This document shows, one piece after another, positions 56,444 to 64,000 of a stretch of DNA of 64,000 bases (the stretch's first letter is position 1; each line of letters begins with the position of its first letter). The DNA lies in contig SVTX01000003.1 of the NCBI GenBank assembly GCA_015063545.1, positions 5,913 to 69,912 on the forward strand, read 5' to 3'. Made by a program: the position numbers and the translations under genes. Source of the stretch: Oscillospiraceae bacterium. Its GTDB lineage: Bacteria; Bacillota; Clostridia; Oscillospirales; CAG-272. Below the pieces are notes generated by a model. The model had not been told where the DNA came from and did no database searches. It saw only the letters and a program-made list of their open reading frames with translations.

Positions 56444-57103
56444 ATGAGAACAGCTGTAATATTTGATCTGGACGGCACGTTGCTGAATACCCTTGACGAT
56501 CTGCACGCGTCGGTCAATAACACTCTTGAAAAATTCGGATACCCGCAAAGGAGCCTTGCAGAGGTAAGAAGCTTTGTGGGTAACGGCGTACCCATGCTCA
56601 TAAGACGGGCTTTGCCCGCAGATGCGAGTGAGGAGGACTTTTGTAATGCGCTTGAATATTTTAAGGAATATTACAAGGTGCATTGTGACGACAGAACAAA
56701 GCCGTATCCGGGAATATGCGAGGCTCTTGCGCAATTAAAGGCCGACGGATACCCCATAGGAGTGGTGACAAACAAGGTTGATAACGCGACAAAGATACTT
56801 TGCGAAAAACATTTTGGTGAACTTGTAGATATTGCTCTCGGTCAGAACGGGCAATTTCAGGTAAAGCCCGATCCCGAATCATTGTTTTATGTAAAAAAAT
56901 ATCTTTGCGCAGAGACTGTTATATACGTCGGAGATTCCGAGGTGGATATTTTGACGGCTGAAAACGCGGGCGCGAGATGTGTGAGCGTGAGCTGGGGATT
57001 TAAGGACAGGGAATTTCTTTTGGCGGCCGGCGCGCAGATAATAGCTGATACCCCCAAGCAGATGACCGACTGCATATATAACATATTGAATGGAGTTTTA
57101 TAA
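56444..57103 (+). CDS. HAD-IA hydrolase, phosphoglycolate phosphatase/PpaX-like
   Basis: VIFDLDGTLLNT motif I, VTNK motif II and VGDSEVDI motif IV. Confidence 0.8.
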   Translation: MRTAVIFDLDGTLLNTLDDLHASVNNTLEKFGYPQRSLAEVRSFVGNGVPMLIRRALPADASEEDFCNALEYFKEYYKVHCDDRTKPYPGICEALAQLKADGYPIGVVTNKVDNATKILCEKHFGELVDIALGQNGQFQVKPDPESLFYVKKYLCAETVIYVGDSEVDILTAENAGARCVSVSWGFKDREFLLAAGAQIIADTPKQMTDCIYNILNGVL

Positions 57104-58533
57104 TGCTTCCGAAAGAATTTAAGGAAAGAATGAGAGGACTGCTCGGACAAGAGGCGGAGAAGCTTTTTTCGGCTCTTGAATGCGGAGAGAGCGTAAAGTC
57201 ATTCAGGGTGAATACCGACAAGATATCTCTTGAGGATTTTGAAAAAGTTAATAAGCTTGACGCGCAGAAAATACCGCATATACCGTACGGATATTACACA
57301 AATGAGCAAAAGCCCGGTAATACGGCAGCGCATCATTCGGGAATGATATACATGCAGGACCCCGGAGCTATGAGCTCGGTATGCGCGCTTGATTTACCTG
57401 TGGGAGCGAAGGTGCTTGACTGTTGCGCGGCGCCCGGTGGAAAATCATCTCAGCTCGCGGCAGCGGTCGGTGAGGACGGGCTTGTCGTATCAAATGAGTA
57501 CGTGTCCAAGCGGGCGGCAATTTTGCAGGGCAATCTTGAGAGAATGGGATGCCGCGCGGCGGTAGTTCTCAACCTTGACGCCAGAGAGCTTTGTAATACA
57601 TACTTTGAATATTTCGATGCTGTGGTCTGTGACGCGCCATGCTCGGGGGAGGGAATGTTTCGCAAAAACGAGCAAGCCGTCTCTGAATGGAGTGTTGAAA
57701 ACGTAAATATGTGCGCCGAGAGGCAGAAAAGCATAATGGACAGCATTGAAAAATGCGTCAAGGTTGGCGGTTATCTTCTTTATTCCACGTGTACGTTCTC
57801 GCTCGAAGAAAATGAAATGCTTGTAGATACATTTTTGTCCGAGCATGAGAATTTTGAGCTTATAGCACTGCCGCAGAGCATAACAGATGTGACAGCAAAG
57901 GGAATATGCTACAGCGGCGCAGCACATGATGTGAGTAAGACCGCAAGATTTTACCCCCATATCTGCCCGGGAGAGGGGCAGTTTATTTCGCTTATGAAAA
58001 AGACGTCTGCCTCGGAGCAGCCGGCCGTAAGGAAGGATAAGGCTAAAAATAACAAGCCCGGAGCAGATAGAGCCGATTCTGCCGAGAGAGACGCGCTGAA
58101 GGTAGCGCAGGAATTTCTCAAAAAGCATCTTGTGGCAGTTCCAAAAAAACAGCTCTCGTATCGCGGAGGAACAGTGCGTCTTTGCCCTGAGTGTCCGCTG
58201 CCGGAATACGGCGTGCTCATGCACGGTGTTTGTGTGGGAGAGGTAGTAAAGGGAAGACTTGTTCCGCACCATCAGCTTTTTTCGGCATACGGAAGTGAGT
58301 TTAAAAACAAGCTCTGCCTGTCAAGCAACGATCCCCGTGTTGCAGAGTATATTAAAGGAATGGAAATAGACGTTTCCGATATTCCCGAAATATCCGACGG
58401 GTATATGCCGCTCATGGTTGACGGTTGCGCGCTTGGCGGAGTTAAGATTAGCGGTGGCAAAGCCAAAAATCACTACCCCAAGGGTTTGCGTACGGATATA
58501 TGCCGAAATTCCTTGACGCAATTGGATTTTTAA
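57103..58533 (+). CDS. RsmB/RsmF-family rRNA (cytosine-C5) methyltransferase
   Basis: CAAPGGKSSQLA (SAM binding), DAPCSGEGMFRK and YSTCT catalytic Cys motifs, plus a C-terminal PUA-like extension. The start overlaps the upstream stop. Confidence 0.85.
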   Translation: MLPKEFKERMRGLLGQEAEKLFSALECGESVKSFRVNTDKISLEDFEKVNKLDAQKIPHIPYGYYTNEQKPGNTAAHHSGMIYMQDPGAMSSVCALDLPVGAKVLDCCAAPGGKSSQLAAAVGEDGLVVSNEYVSKRAAILQGNLERMGCRAAVVLNLDARELCNTYFEYFDAVVCDAPCSGEGMFRKNEQAVSEWSVENVNMCAERQKSIMDSIEKCVKVGGYLLYSTCTFSLEENEMLVDTFLSEHENFELIALPQSITDVTAKGICYSGAAHDVSKTARFYPHICPGEGQFISLMKKTSASEQPAVRKDKAKNNKPGADRADSAERDALKVAQEFLKKHLVAVPKKQLSYRGGTVRLCPECPLPEYGVLMHGVCVGEVVKGRLVPHHQLFSAYGSEFKNKLCLSSNDPRVAEYIKGMEIDVSDIPEISDGYMPLMVDGCALGGVKISGGKAKNHYPKGLRTDICRNSLTQLDF

Positions 58534-58636
58534 CGCTTTGTTCATACAATTACAGGAAAAATATGCTAAAATAAAAACAGAAGAGCAATAAATCCCCGAC
58601 AACAAAAGTTGCCGAATTTATTGATAAGGTAATTTA

Positions 58637-58676
58637 CGCATAGGTTGGCGGGTGACTGCTATACCTATGCGTTTTT
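58637..58676 (+). terminator. Intrinsic terminator after the rsmF-like gene
   Basis: Stem cgcataggt / acctatgcg (58637-58671) followed by TTTTT. Confidence 0.6.
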
Positions 58677-58706
58677 ATATTTTATTTTTTTGATAGGAGG
58701 GTTGTT

Positions 58707-58775
58707 ATGATGAAAACTAAACTTTTCTTTGCAGATGCAAAACACCATCTTATCTTTTGGAGTGCTCGCATATAG
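58707..58775 (+). CDS. Candidate 22-codon upstream ORF (MMKTKLFFADAKHHLIFWSARI)
   Basis: ATG lies 7 nt after TAGGAGGG. The stop TAG (58773-58775) is embedded in the 7-bp hairpin gcatata/tatatgc (58768-58787). The geometry matches the uORF at 28847. Confidence 0.3.
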   Translation: MMKTKLFFADAKHHLIFWSARI

Positions 58776-58829
58776 GGGACTATATGCACACGTACAAACA
58801 AAAAATAAAATATAAAAGGAGATAAATTT

Positions 58830-61496
58830 ATGCAAAAGAAATTTATTTTTAAGGTGATATCCTGTATTCTTGCGATATTTCTTTTGATATCGTGTTTTCC
58901 AATGTTAATTTTGGCGCAATCTCCTGATGTTGAGGCGGTAGAAGAAACTCCGGATATTCAAGGAGAAGATCAAGCGGATAGAACTTTCACAAGTCTTGAG
59001 GATATGATTATTCCGTCAAGAAGAGACAAAGACGTTTATATTCTTGCAGAGGACGTTACTAAACGCGGCGAGTTTGAAAAGCATTATCTTTGTTCTGACG
59101 GAACGTTTGTGGCGGTAACCTATCCCGAAGCGGTGCATTATATGGATAATGAGGGAGAATGGGCAGATATTGACAATAGCCTTTCGCTAAATGCTGAGGG
59201 AAGCGCATATGAGGCTCAGAACGGCGATTTTAAGGTGTCGTTTTATAATGCTGTGGGAGAGCGAGAGACAACTGCTCAAATGCAGACTGCCGCTGTGCTT
59301 GTACCATCACAAAATGAATCACCCAAAAATTTGATAACCCTCAATAAAGGTGAGTATGAGCTGTCTTGGACGTTGACAGCTAATAAAGCTACTGTCACAG
59401 ATGATGCAAATGTCAGTATAATGTCACAACAGGCATCGGTTTTAAGCGCAAGCGATCAGATCAATATTACCGTTCACGGTGAAATAAAAGATGATACGCA
59501 GACAACGGCGACATATGCGAAGAAAAGCATAAGCGATAAGGATGCATTTACTCTTTCTAAGGTTTCAAATCAGGTTAGCTATAATTCTGTTTTTGGTGTC
59601 GATGAGGGAATATCGGCAAGATACACAACTTATCTAAACAAGGTAAAAGAAGATATCATAATTTACAAAGAGACAGATGTGGAATCCTTCTCGATGTCCG
59701 TAAATTGCGGTCAGTTGATACCTGTGCTTAACAGTAACGGCTCGGTAGATTTCGTTGACAAAAACGGAGATGTCGTGTATCATGTAGGTGTTCCGTATAT
59801 GATAGATGCCGCGTATGCCGTGTCGTATGATGTAGAGGTTGCATTGGTTAAAAGCGGCAATACGTGTACCATCACATATACACCGGATGCGGAGTGGATG
59901 GAATCCTCGGATAGAGAATATCCGATAATTCTTGACCCCACAATAAGCACGGCTGAATATGCTTCAAACGTAAAAGACACGTATATAGAGCAAAATTCCA
60001 CGGTTGACCATAGCGAAGATCAACTTCTGTATATAAATTCGGGAACGAACGGACGGAGAGTTGCTCTTATATCTGTAGAAAATCTTCCTTTCGTACATTC
60101 AAGTATGCCCATATATGCGGCAGACTTGGAGATGAATTTATTAAGCGCACAGCTTCAGGATACAGTCGTTAATTTGTATGCTTTCTCTTCGAACAAAGAG
60201 TTGGAGCAGATCTCCTATTCGGATTATAGCATATCAAACAAGTCATTATTGTCGTCTACAATAATGCTTTCGGGTCAGGTGCTGTTTTCATTCAACATTA
60301 CTGCTGATATACGTGATATTTATGAGGAGCAGGATTCGTTGATTTTTGCCGTGGAGCTTGAGGAGACCAACACTTCGTTCTGTTATCCTATATTTTCTAC
60401 GGACAATCCCCTTGGCTCGGGTCCTTGCTTTGTGATATCGTATGGATATAAATTGCCGACGGGATTGTCTGATGGAGACGTTATATCTCTTCAAAGTGTT
60501 TATAATTCGGAATATATTACATTAGGTGATTCCGATGCAGGAGAAGGGAGCGACGTTTTAACGGAAACCACCAGCACTGTGGGAGAGGGAGAGCGGTTTG
60601 TATTGGTTAAGAATTCCGAGACCGGAGGATATATGCTTGAATCGGTTGTTGCAGGCGAGGGGGCTTATCTGACGGTTGGAGATGACGGTGACGACGATAC
60701 TGTGGCAGATGATATTATTTTGAGCTATCAGTCTGATCCTGCAACACAAGAATGGCTGATTGTAGGAGATGAAAACAACTCGTTTAAAATAGTTCTTCGT
60801 GCTAACATGCAACAATACCTCACTATTGTAAGTTATGGAACTCACCAGGGGTATTATGCGACTTGGGTTGAAACAAGTACAGATTTGATGATAGCGGAGA
60901 TGTCTTCTTTCTCGATATTTTATCGTGTAACCAGTCAGCAACAGCAGTGGAAAATTTATGAAAACGGAACGCAGATACAGTCCAATAATGTTAACGGTGA
61001 TTTGAACACTGAAGCGTATTATATAAATAACATGTATTCTGCCGATTTTGCAAAATGGCATACTTCACAAGGCGTAAGCGTAGTTGAGGGTTCGGTTGTG
61101 CCGCATGCTGACAAGGTACAGTGGATAATAACAAATATCGGAAATAACGAATATACTATCCAGCCATACGGAGCACCAAGTTATTTTTTGAGATGCGATA
61201 GCTCCGATGGTGTTAGATTCAGACAGTCGACCGGCACGACGGATTACTTTGTTTGGATTATACAGGAAGGTAGCCCGGGAATGGGGTACTTCACTATAAA
61301 AAACAAATCCACGGGAAGGTATCTATACGATTCTTTAGAAGGAGTATATACCGATGAGAATGCCACAAACCTTACAACTCACAGGTGGAGATTTGTAGAG
61401 AAGGATGAGTATGTGGAACTAACAGCAGAAAACACACAATTTCCGGATATACGCTTAGAAATAGGGGATAGCATGTATATGTTAGCGATGCAATGA
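58830..61496 (+). CDS. Secreted DNRLRE-like / ricin-type lectin protein (paralogue of 29004-32318, no protease domain)
   Basis: It has a signal peptide. The N-terminus is homologous to the paralogue: EKHYLCSDGTFVAVTYPEAVHYMDNEGEWADIDNSLSL versus VKHFSLPNGTYEAVVYPEPVHVKDSNGQWQDVNNALSL. DTYIEQNSTVDH... resembles the DNRLRE pattern. QxW-like motifs include TQEWLI, QQQWKI, KVQWII and HRWRF. Confidence 0.75.
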   Translation: MQKKFIFKVISCILAIFLLISCFPMLILAQSPDVEAVEETPDIQGEDQADRTFTSLEDMIIPSRRDKDVYILAEDVTKRGEFEKHYLCSDGTFVAVTYPEAVHYMDNEGEWADIDNSLSLNAEGSAYEAQNGDFKVSFYNAVGERETTAQMQTAAVLVPSQNESPKNLITLNKGEYELSWTLTANKATVTDDANVSIMSQQASVLSASDQINITVHGEIKDDTQTTATYAKKSISDKDAFTLSKVSNQVSYNSVFGVDEGISARYTTYLNKVKEDIIIYKETDVESFSMSVNCGQLIPVLNSNGSVDFVDKNGDVVYHVGVPYMIDAAYAVSYDVEVALVKSGNTCTITYTPDAEWMESSDREYPIILDPTISTAEYASNVKDTYIEQNSTVDHSEDQLLYINSGTNGRRVALISVENLPFVHSSMPIYAADLEMNLLSAQLQDTVVNLYAFSSNKELEQISYSDYSISNKSLLSSTIMLSGQVLFSFNITADIRDIYEEQDSLIFAVELEETNTSFCYPIFSTDNPLGSGPCFVISYGYKLPTGLSDGDVISLQSVYNSEYITLGDSDAGEGSDVLTETTSTVGEGERFVLVKNSETGGYMLESVVAGEGAYLTVGDDGDDDTVADDIILSYQSDPATQEWLIVGDENNSFKIVLRANMQQYLTIVSYGTHQGYYATWVETSTDLMIAEMSSFSIFYRVTSQQQQWKIYENGTQIQSNNVNGDLNTEAYYINNMYSADFAKWHTSQGVSVVEGSVVPHADKVQWIITNIGNNEYTIQPYGAPSYFLRCDSSDGVRFRQSTGTTDYFVWIIQEGSPGMGYFTIKNKSTGRYLYDSLEGVYTDENATNLTTHRWRFVEKDEYVELTAENTQFPDIRLEIGDSMYMLAMQ

Positions 61497-61581
61497 ATCC
61501 GGGATATGTAAGTCGTGAACTTAATCTTGAAACATACAATGATGCTATATGCAAGATGAAGATTGTTGAGGAGGAGATTTG

Positions 61582-62355
61582 ATGTTTAGAAAATATTTGT
61601 TGTTTGCGATAGTAGCTATATTGATAATAGCTGCTTTCGTGGGATGTGAACAAAATACAGAACAAGAGAAAGAACAAGATGGAATAGATGACATTAATCC
61701 CGAATACAGCATTGATGCGGTCGATCTACCAGAAATAGAAGAAATAACACGTATTGATATTCGAAGCGGTGCCCATTTGGACATTTCGATAACCGACAAT
61801 GAAACTATACGTGAAATTCATCAACTCTTGCTACCTGTTCAGGGCAGAAAAACAGGAGGGATGCAAGGGGTGTATGGTTTTACATATGATCTTAACGTAT
61901 ATACGGATGAAGGTGAATGTTGGGATTTTACTATTTTGACTGAAAGAGCAGAATCAAGTGCTTATGGATATAACGGAAGCAGATATGTATTGTCTGACGG
62001 TGATTTTTTTGAACTGGTCGCAATAATTGAACAAGCGTATATAGATAATAGAACGCACGAGGCGCCGTTAGAATGTCTTATTCCTACAACATCGGTTGGA
62101 ATAGATGTGAAAATAGCTGAGGACGATTGTGCTAAAATCCTTTCCATATTCAATGAGGCGGAGTGGATTTTTAAAACGGAAGAATCCATTTATAGCCAAA
62201 TCGAAAAAGATTATATCTTTCTATTAAAAAGCGGCGCAGAGATATACTATCAAGAATATAATGGACTAATGTACGACAGAGACTATAATTGTCACTTTTA
62301 CCTCTCCAACGAAGACAAAGCAATCATAAACAACATTTTAGGAATTGAAGAATAA
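61582..62355 (+). CDS. Hypothetical lipoprotein
   Basis: ATG follows GAGGAGGAG. The signal peptide carries the lipobox AFVGC. I recognised no domain. It is low in G+C like the upstream gene. Confidence 0.6.
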   Translation: MFRKYLLFAIVAILIIAAFVGCEQNTEQEKEQDGIDDINPEYSIDAVDLPEIEEITRIDIRSGAHLDISITDNETIREIHQLLLPVQGRKTGGMQGVYGFTYDLNVYTDEGECWDFTILTERAESSAYGYNGSRYVLSDGDFFELVAIIEQAYIDNRTHEAPLECLIPTTSVGIDVKIAEDDCAKILSIFNEAEWIFKTEESIYSQIEKDYIFLLKSGAEIYYQEYNGLMYDRDYNCHFYLSNEDKAIINNILGIEE

Positions 62356-62362
62356 CACACCG

Positions 62363-62397
62363 CCCCGCCGTTCAACAAAACGGCGGGGACTTTTTTT
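62363..62397 (+). terminator. Intrinsic terminator ending the second low-GC island
   Basis: Stem ccccgccgtt / aacggcgggg with loop caacaa, then T7 at 62391-62397. Confidence 0.8.
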
Positions 62398-62456
62398 CTG
62401 CTTTTTTCGCCAAAAAATCTTTTTGGAATATTTTTGAAAAAATTTTTAAAAATGTA

Positions 62457-62485
62457 TTGACAAGCTTGACAAACAGTGATATAAT
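62457..62485 (+). promoter_or_regulatory. Sigma-A type promoter upstream of rpoB
   Basis: TTGACA (62457-62462), 17-nt spacer, TATAAT (62480-62485). The leader to the rpoB ATG is about 160 nt. Confidence 0.6.
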
Positions 62486-62650
62486 TATAAACTGCATTAT
62501 AATCGCTTGCACTATGGGGTTTTATATGCAAGCCTACCGAAAACGACAAAAAATCCGTTATTTTAAAGGAAAAATTCGACATTTTAACTACTGAAATTCG
62601 GTTTTTGTTTGCTTAGGTATGATATTTCATTGAATGGAGTGATTGATTTA

Positions 62651-64000
62651 ATGGTCAATGTAAAAGAGCAAAAGCTCGGCAAGAATTCGAGAATGTCATT
62701 TTCACGCTCGAAATTTAATCTTGAATTGCCCAACCTTGTTGAGGTACAGACACAATCCTTTGAGTGGTTTCTCAAAGAAGGACTTGCGGAGGTACTTCGT
62801 GACGTTTCTCCCATAACCGACTACTCGGGTAATCTTTCTATCGATTTTATTTCTTATTCGATAGATTCCAAGCCCAAGTATCCCGTCGAGGAATGCAAGG
62901 AGAGAGACGTAAACTATGCGGCTCCCTTGAAGGTGAACGTTCGTCTCACCAACAAGCAGACAGGAGACGTTAAGTATTCTGATATTTATCTTGGCGATTT
63001 CCCGATCATGACCGAATCGGGAACCTTCGTTATCAACGGCGCGGAGAGAGTTATAGTTTCTCAGCTTGTACGTTCTCCCGGTATGTATTATGCATCCGAC
63101 GTGGACAAGAGCGGTAAGAGAGTTTACACAGCTCAGATCATTCCCTACAGAGGCGCTTGGCTCGAATATGAGAGCGATATAAACGGCGTGCTCTACGTTC
63201 GTATAGATAAAAACCGTAAGCTTCCCCTTACTATGCTTATCCGTGCTTTGGGCATTGAATCCAGAGAGGATATCTACGCTACGTTCGGCGAGGATATAAG
63301 ACTTACAAACACATTTGAGAAGGACGAGAGTGAGGACCTTGCAGCTCGCAACGGCACAACTCCCAGAATCGAAGCTCTCAAAGAAATATACAAGAAGATC
63401 CGTCCCGGTGAGCCTCCGCTTGTAGAGAGCGCAGAGACTCTTATCAACAACTATTTCTTCGACCCCAGAAGATATGACGTTGCCGCTGTTGGACGTTATA
63501 AATTTGATAAAAAGGTAGCTATTCACTCCCGTATCGCAAACCGTAAGGTTGCTGAGGATATCGTAAGCCCCATCACAGGTGAGGTTGTATTCTCCGCAGG
63601 TCACGTTCTCAGCGAAGAGGATGCGCTCACAGTTGAGAGAGCAGTTGTAAATTCCGTACTTATCGAGCTTGACAATGGCGACAAGGTAAGAGTTATCTCC
63701 AACTGCACAATAGAGCCCGAATATCTTCTCGGATATGACCTTCAGGATTGCGGCGTAACTGAGAGGGCAAGCGTTGCTGTTCTTCTCGATATCGCAGAGC
63801 AGTGCGAGGGTGACGTTGACGCTATCAAGGAGATGGCAAAGGCGAGAATTGCCGAGCTTTGTCCCAAGCATATTACAAAGAATGATATATTTGCGTCCAT
63901 AGGCTACTTCCTTAACCTTACTCACGAGGTAGGTGTTTATGACGATATCGACCATCTTGGAAACAGACGTGTACGTTCTGTCGGCGAACAGCTCCAGAAC
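62651..64000 (+). CDS. rpoB: DNA-directed RNA polymerase beta subunit, 3'-truncated by the window edge
   Basis: It is not in the ORF track because no stop falls inside the window. My own translation from the ATG at 62651 reads MVNVKEQKLGKNSRMSFSRSKFNLELPNLVEVQTQSFEWFLKEGL...FPIMTESGTFVINGAERVIVSQLVRSPG, the conserved RpoB N-terminus. Confidence 0.9.
   Translation, partial: MVNVKEQKLGKNSRMSFSRSKFNLELPNLVEVQTQSFEWFLKEGLAEVLRDVSPITDYSGNLSIDFISYSIDSKPKYPVEECKERDVNYAAPLKVNVRLTNKQTGDVKYSDIYLGDFPIMTESGTFVINGAERVIVSQLVRSPGMYYASDVDKSGKRVYTAQIIPYRGAWLEYESDINGVLYVRIDKNRKLPLTMLIRALGIESREDIYATFGEDIRLTNTFEKDESEDLAARNGTTPRIEALKEIYKKIRPGEPPLVESAETLINNYFFDPRRYDVAAVGRYKFDKKVAIHSRIANRKVAEDIVSPITGEVVFSAGHVLSEEDALTVERAVVNSVLIELDNGDKVRVISNCTIEPEYLLGYDLQDCGVTERASVAVLLDIAEQCEGDVDAIKEMAKARIAELCPKHITKNDIFASIGYFLNLTHEVGVYDDIDHLGNRRVRSVGEQLQN

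Noticed and set aside
61490-61581. A possible frameshifted continuation of the 58830 ORF. An out-of-frame 29-codon ORF (MNPGYVSRELNLETYNDAICKMKIVEEEI) overlaps its stop, which might hint at a lost protease domain.
   Set aside because: It is very short, shows no convincing similarity to the paralogue's C-terminal region, and ends at the RBS of the next gene. The evidence is insufficient to call a pseudogene.
62702-63955. A 417-aa minus-strand ORF.
   Set aside because: It is antisense to the unmistakable rpoB N-terminus on the plus strand. rpoB is missing from the ORF track only because it has no stop within the window.

Overview
A 64-kb chromosomal segment from a Bacillota (Clostridia-like) genome. 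Core genes run about 50% G+C by hand count. Most of the window is ordinary housekeeping: U32 peptidase, zapA, proB, T-box-controlled tyrS, holA, aspS, thiI, der, obg, ppa, ftsH-hpt-tilS, dnaB-rplI-gdpP-yybS, rimP-nusA-ylxR-ylxQ-infB, and the start of rpoB. I saw no rRNA, tRNA, CRISPR array, transposase, integrase, or recognisable defence or toxin-antitoxin module.

The unusual content is as follows.
(1) A 5'-truncated giant ORF of more than 2,290 aa is built almost entirely from two kinds of Cys3/His mini-repeat that I cannot assign to a named family. A second protein (32355-34364) reuses the same repeat vocabulary. It also carries four near-identical 192-bp tandem repeats, a (PTEP)n linker and a GGC + TM + KKK C-terminal tail that looks like a non-LPXTG sorting signal.
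(2) Two low-G+C islands each encode a paralogous secreted protein with DNRLRE-like and ricin-type lectin regions. One of the two ends in a matrixin-like HExxHxxGxxH protease. Both are preceded by a short upstream ORF whose stop codon sits in a conserved GCATAT hairpin.
(3) A promoter, structured leader and intrinsic terminator sit directly upstream of a 56-aa Cys-rich ORF, a riboswitch or attenuator candidate.
(4) Six TTTTCCACA/TGTGGAAAA (relaxed DnaA-box) motifs are packed into about 110 bp next to holA.
(5) GC-rich, hairpin-dense intergenic repeat elements include a 175-bp unit with perfect 17-bp terminal inverted repeats.

All functional calls rest on motif recognition by eye. No database search was run.
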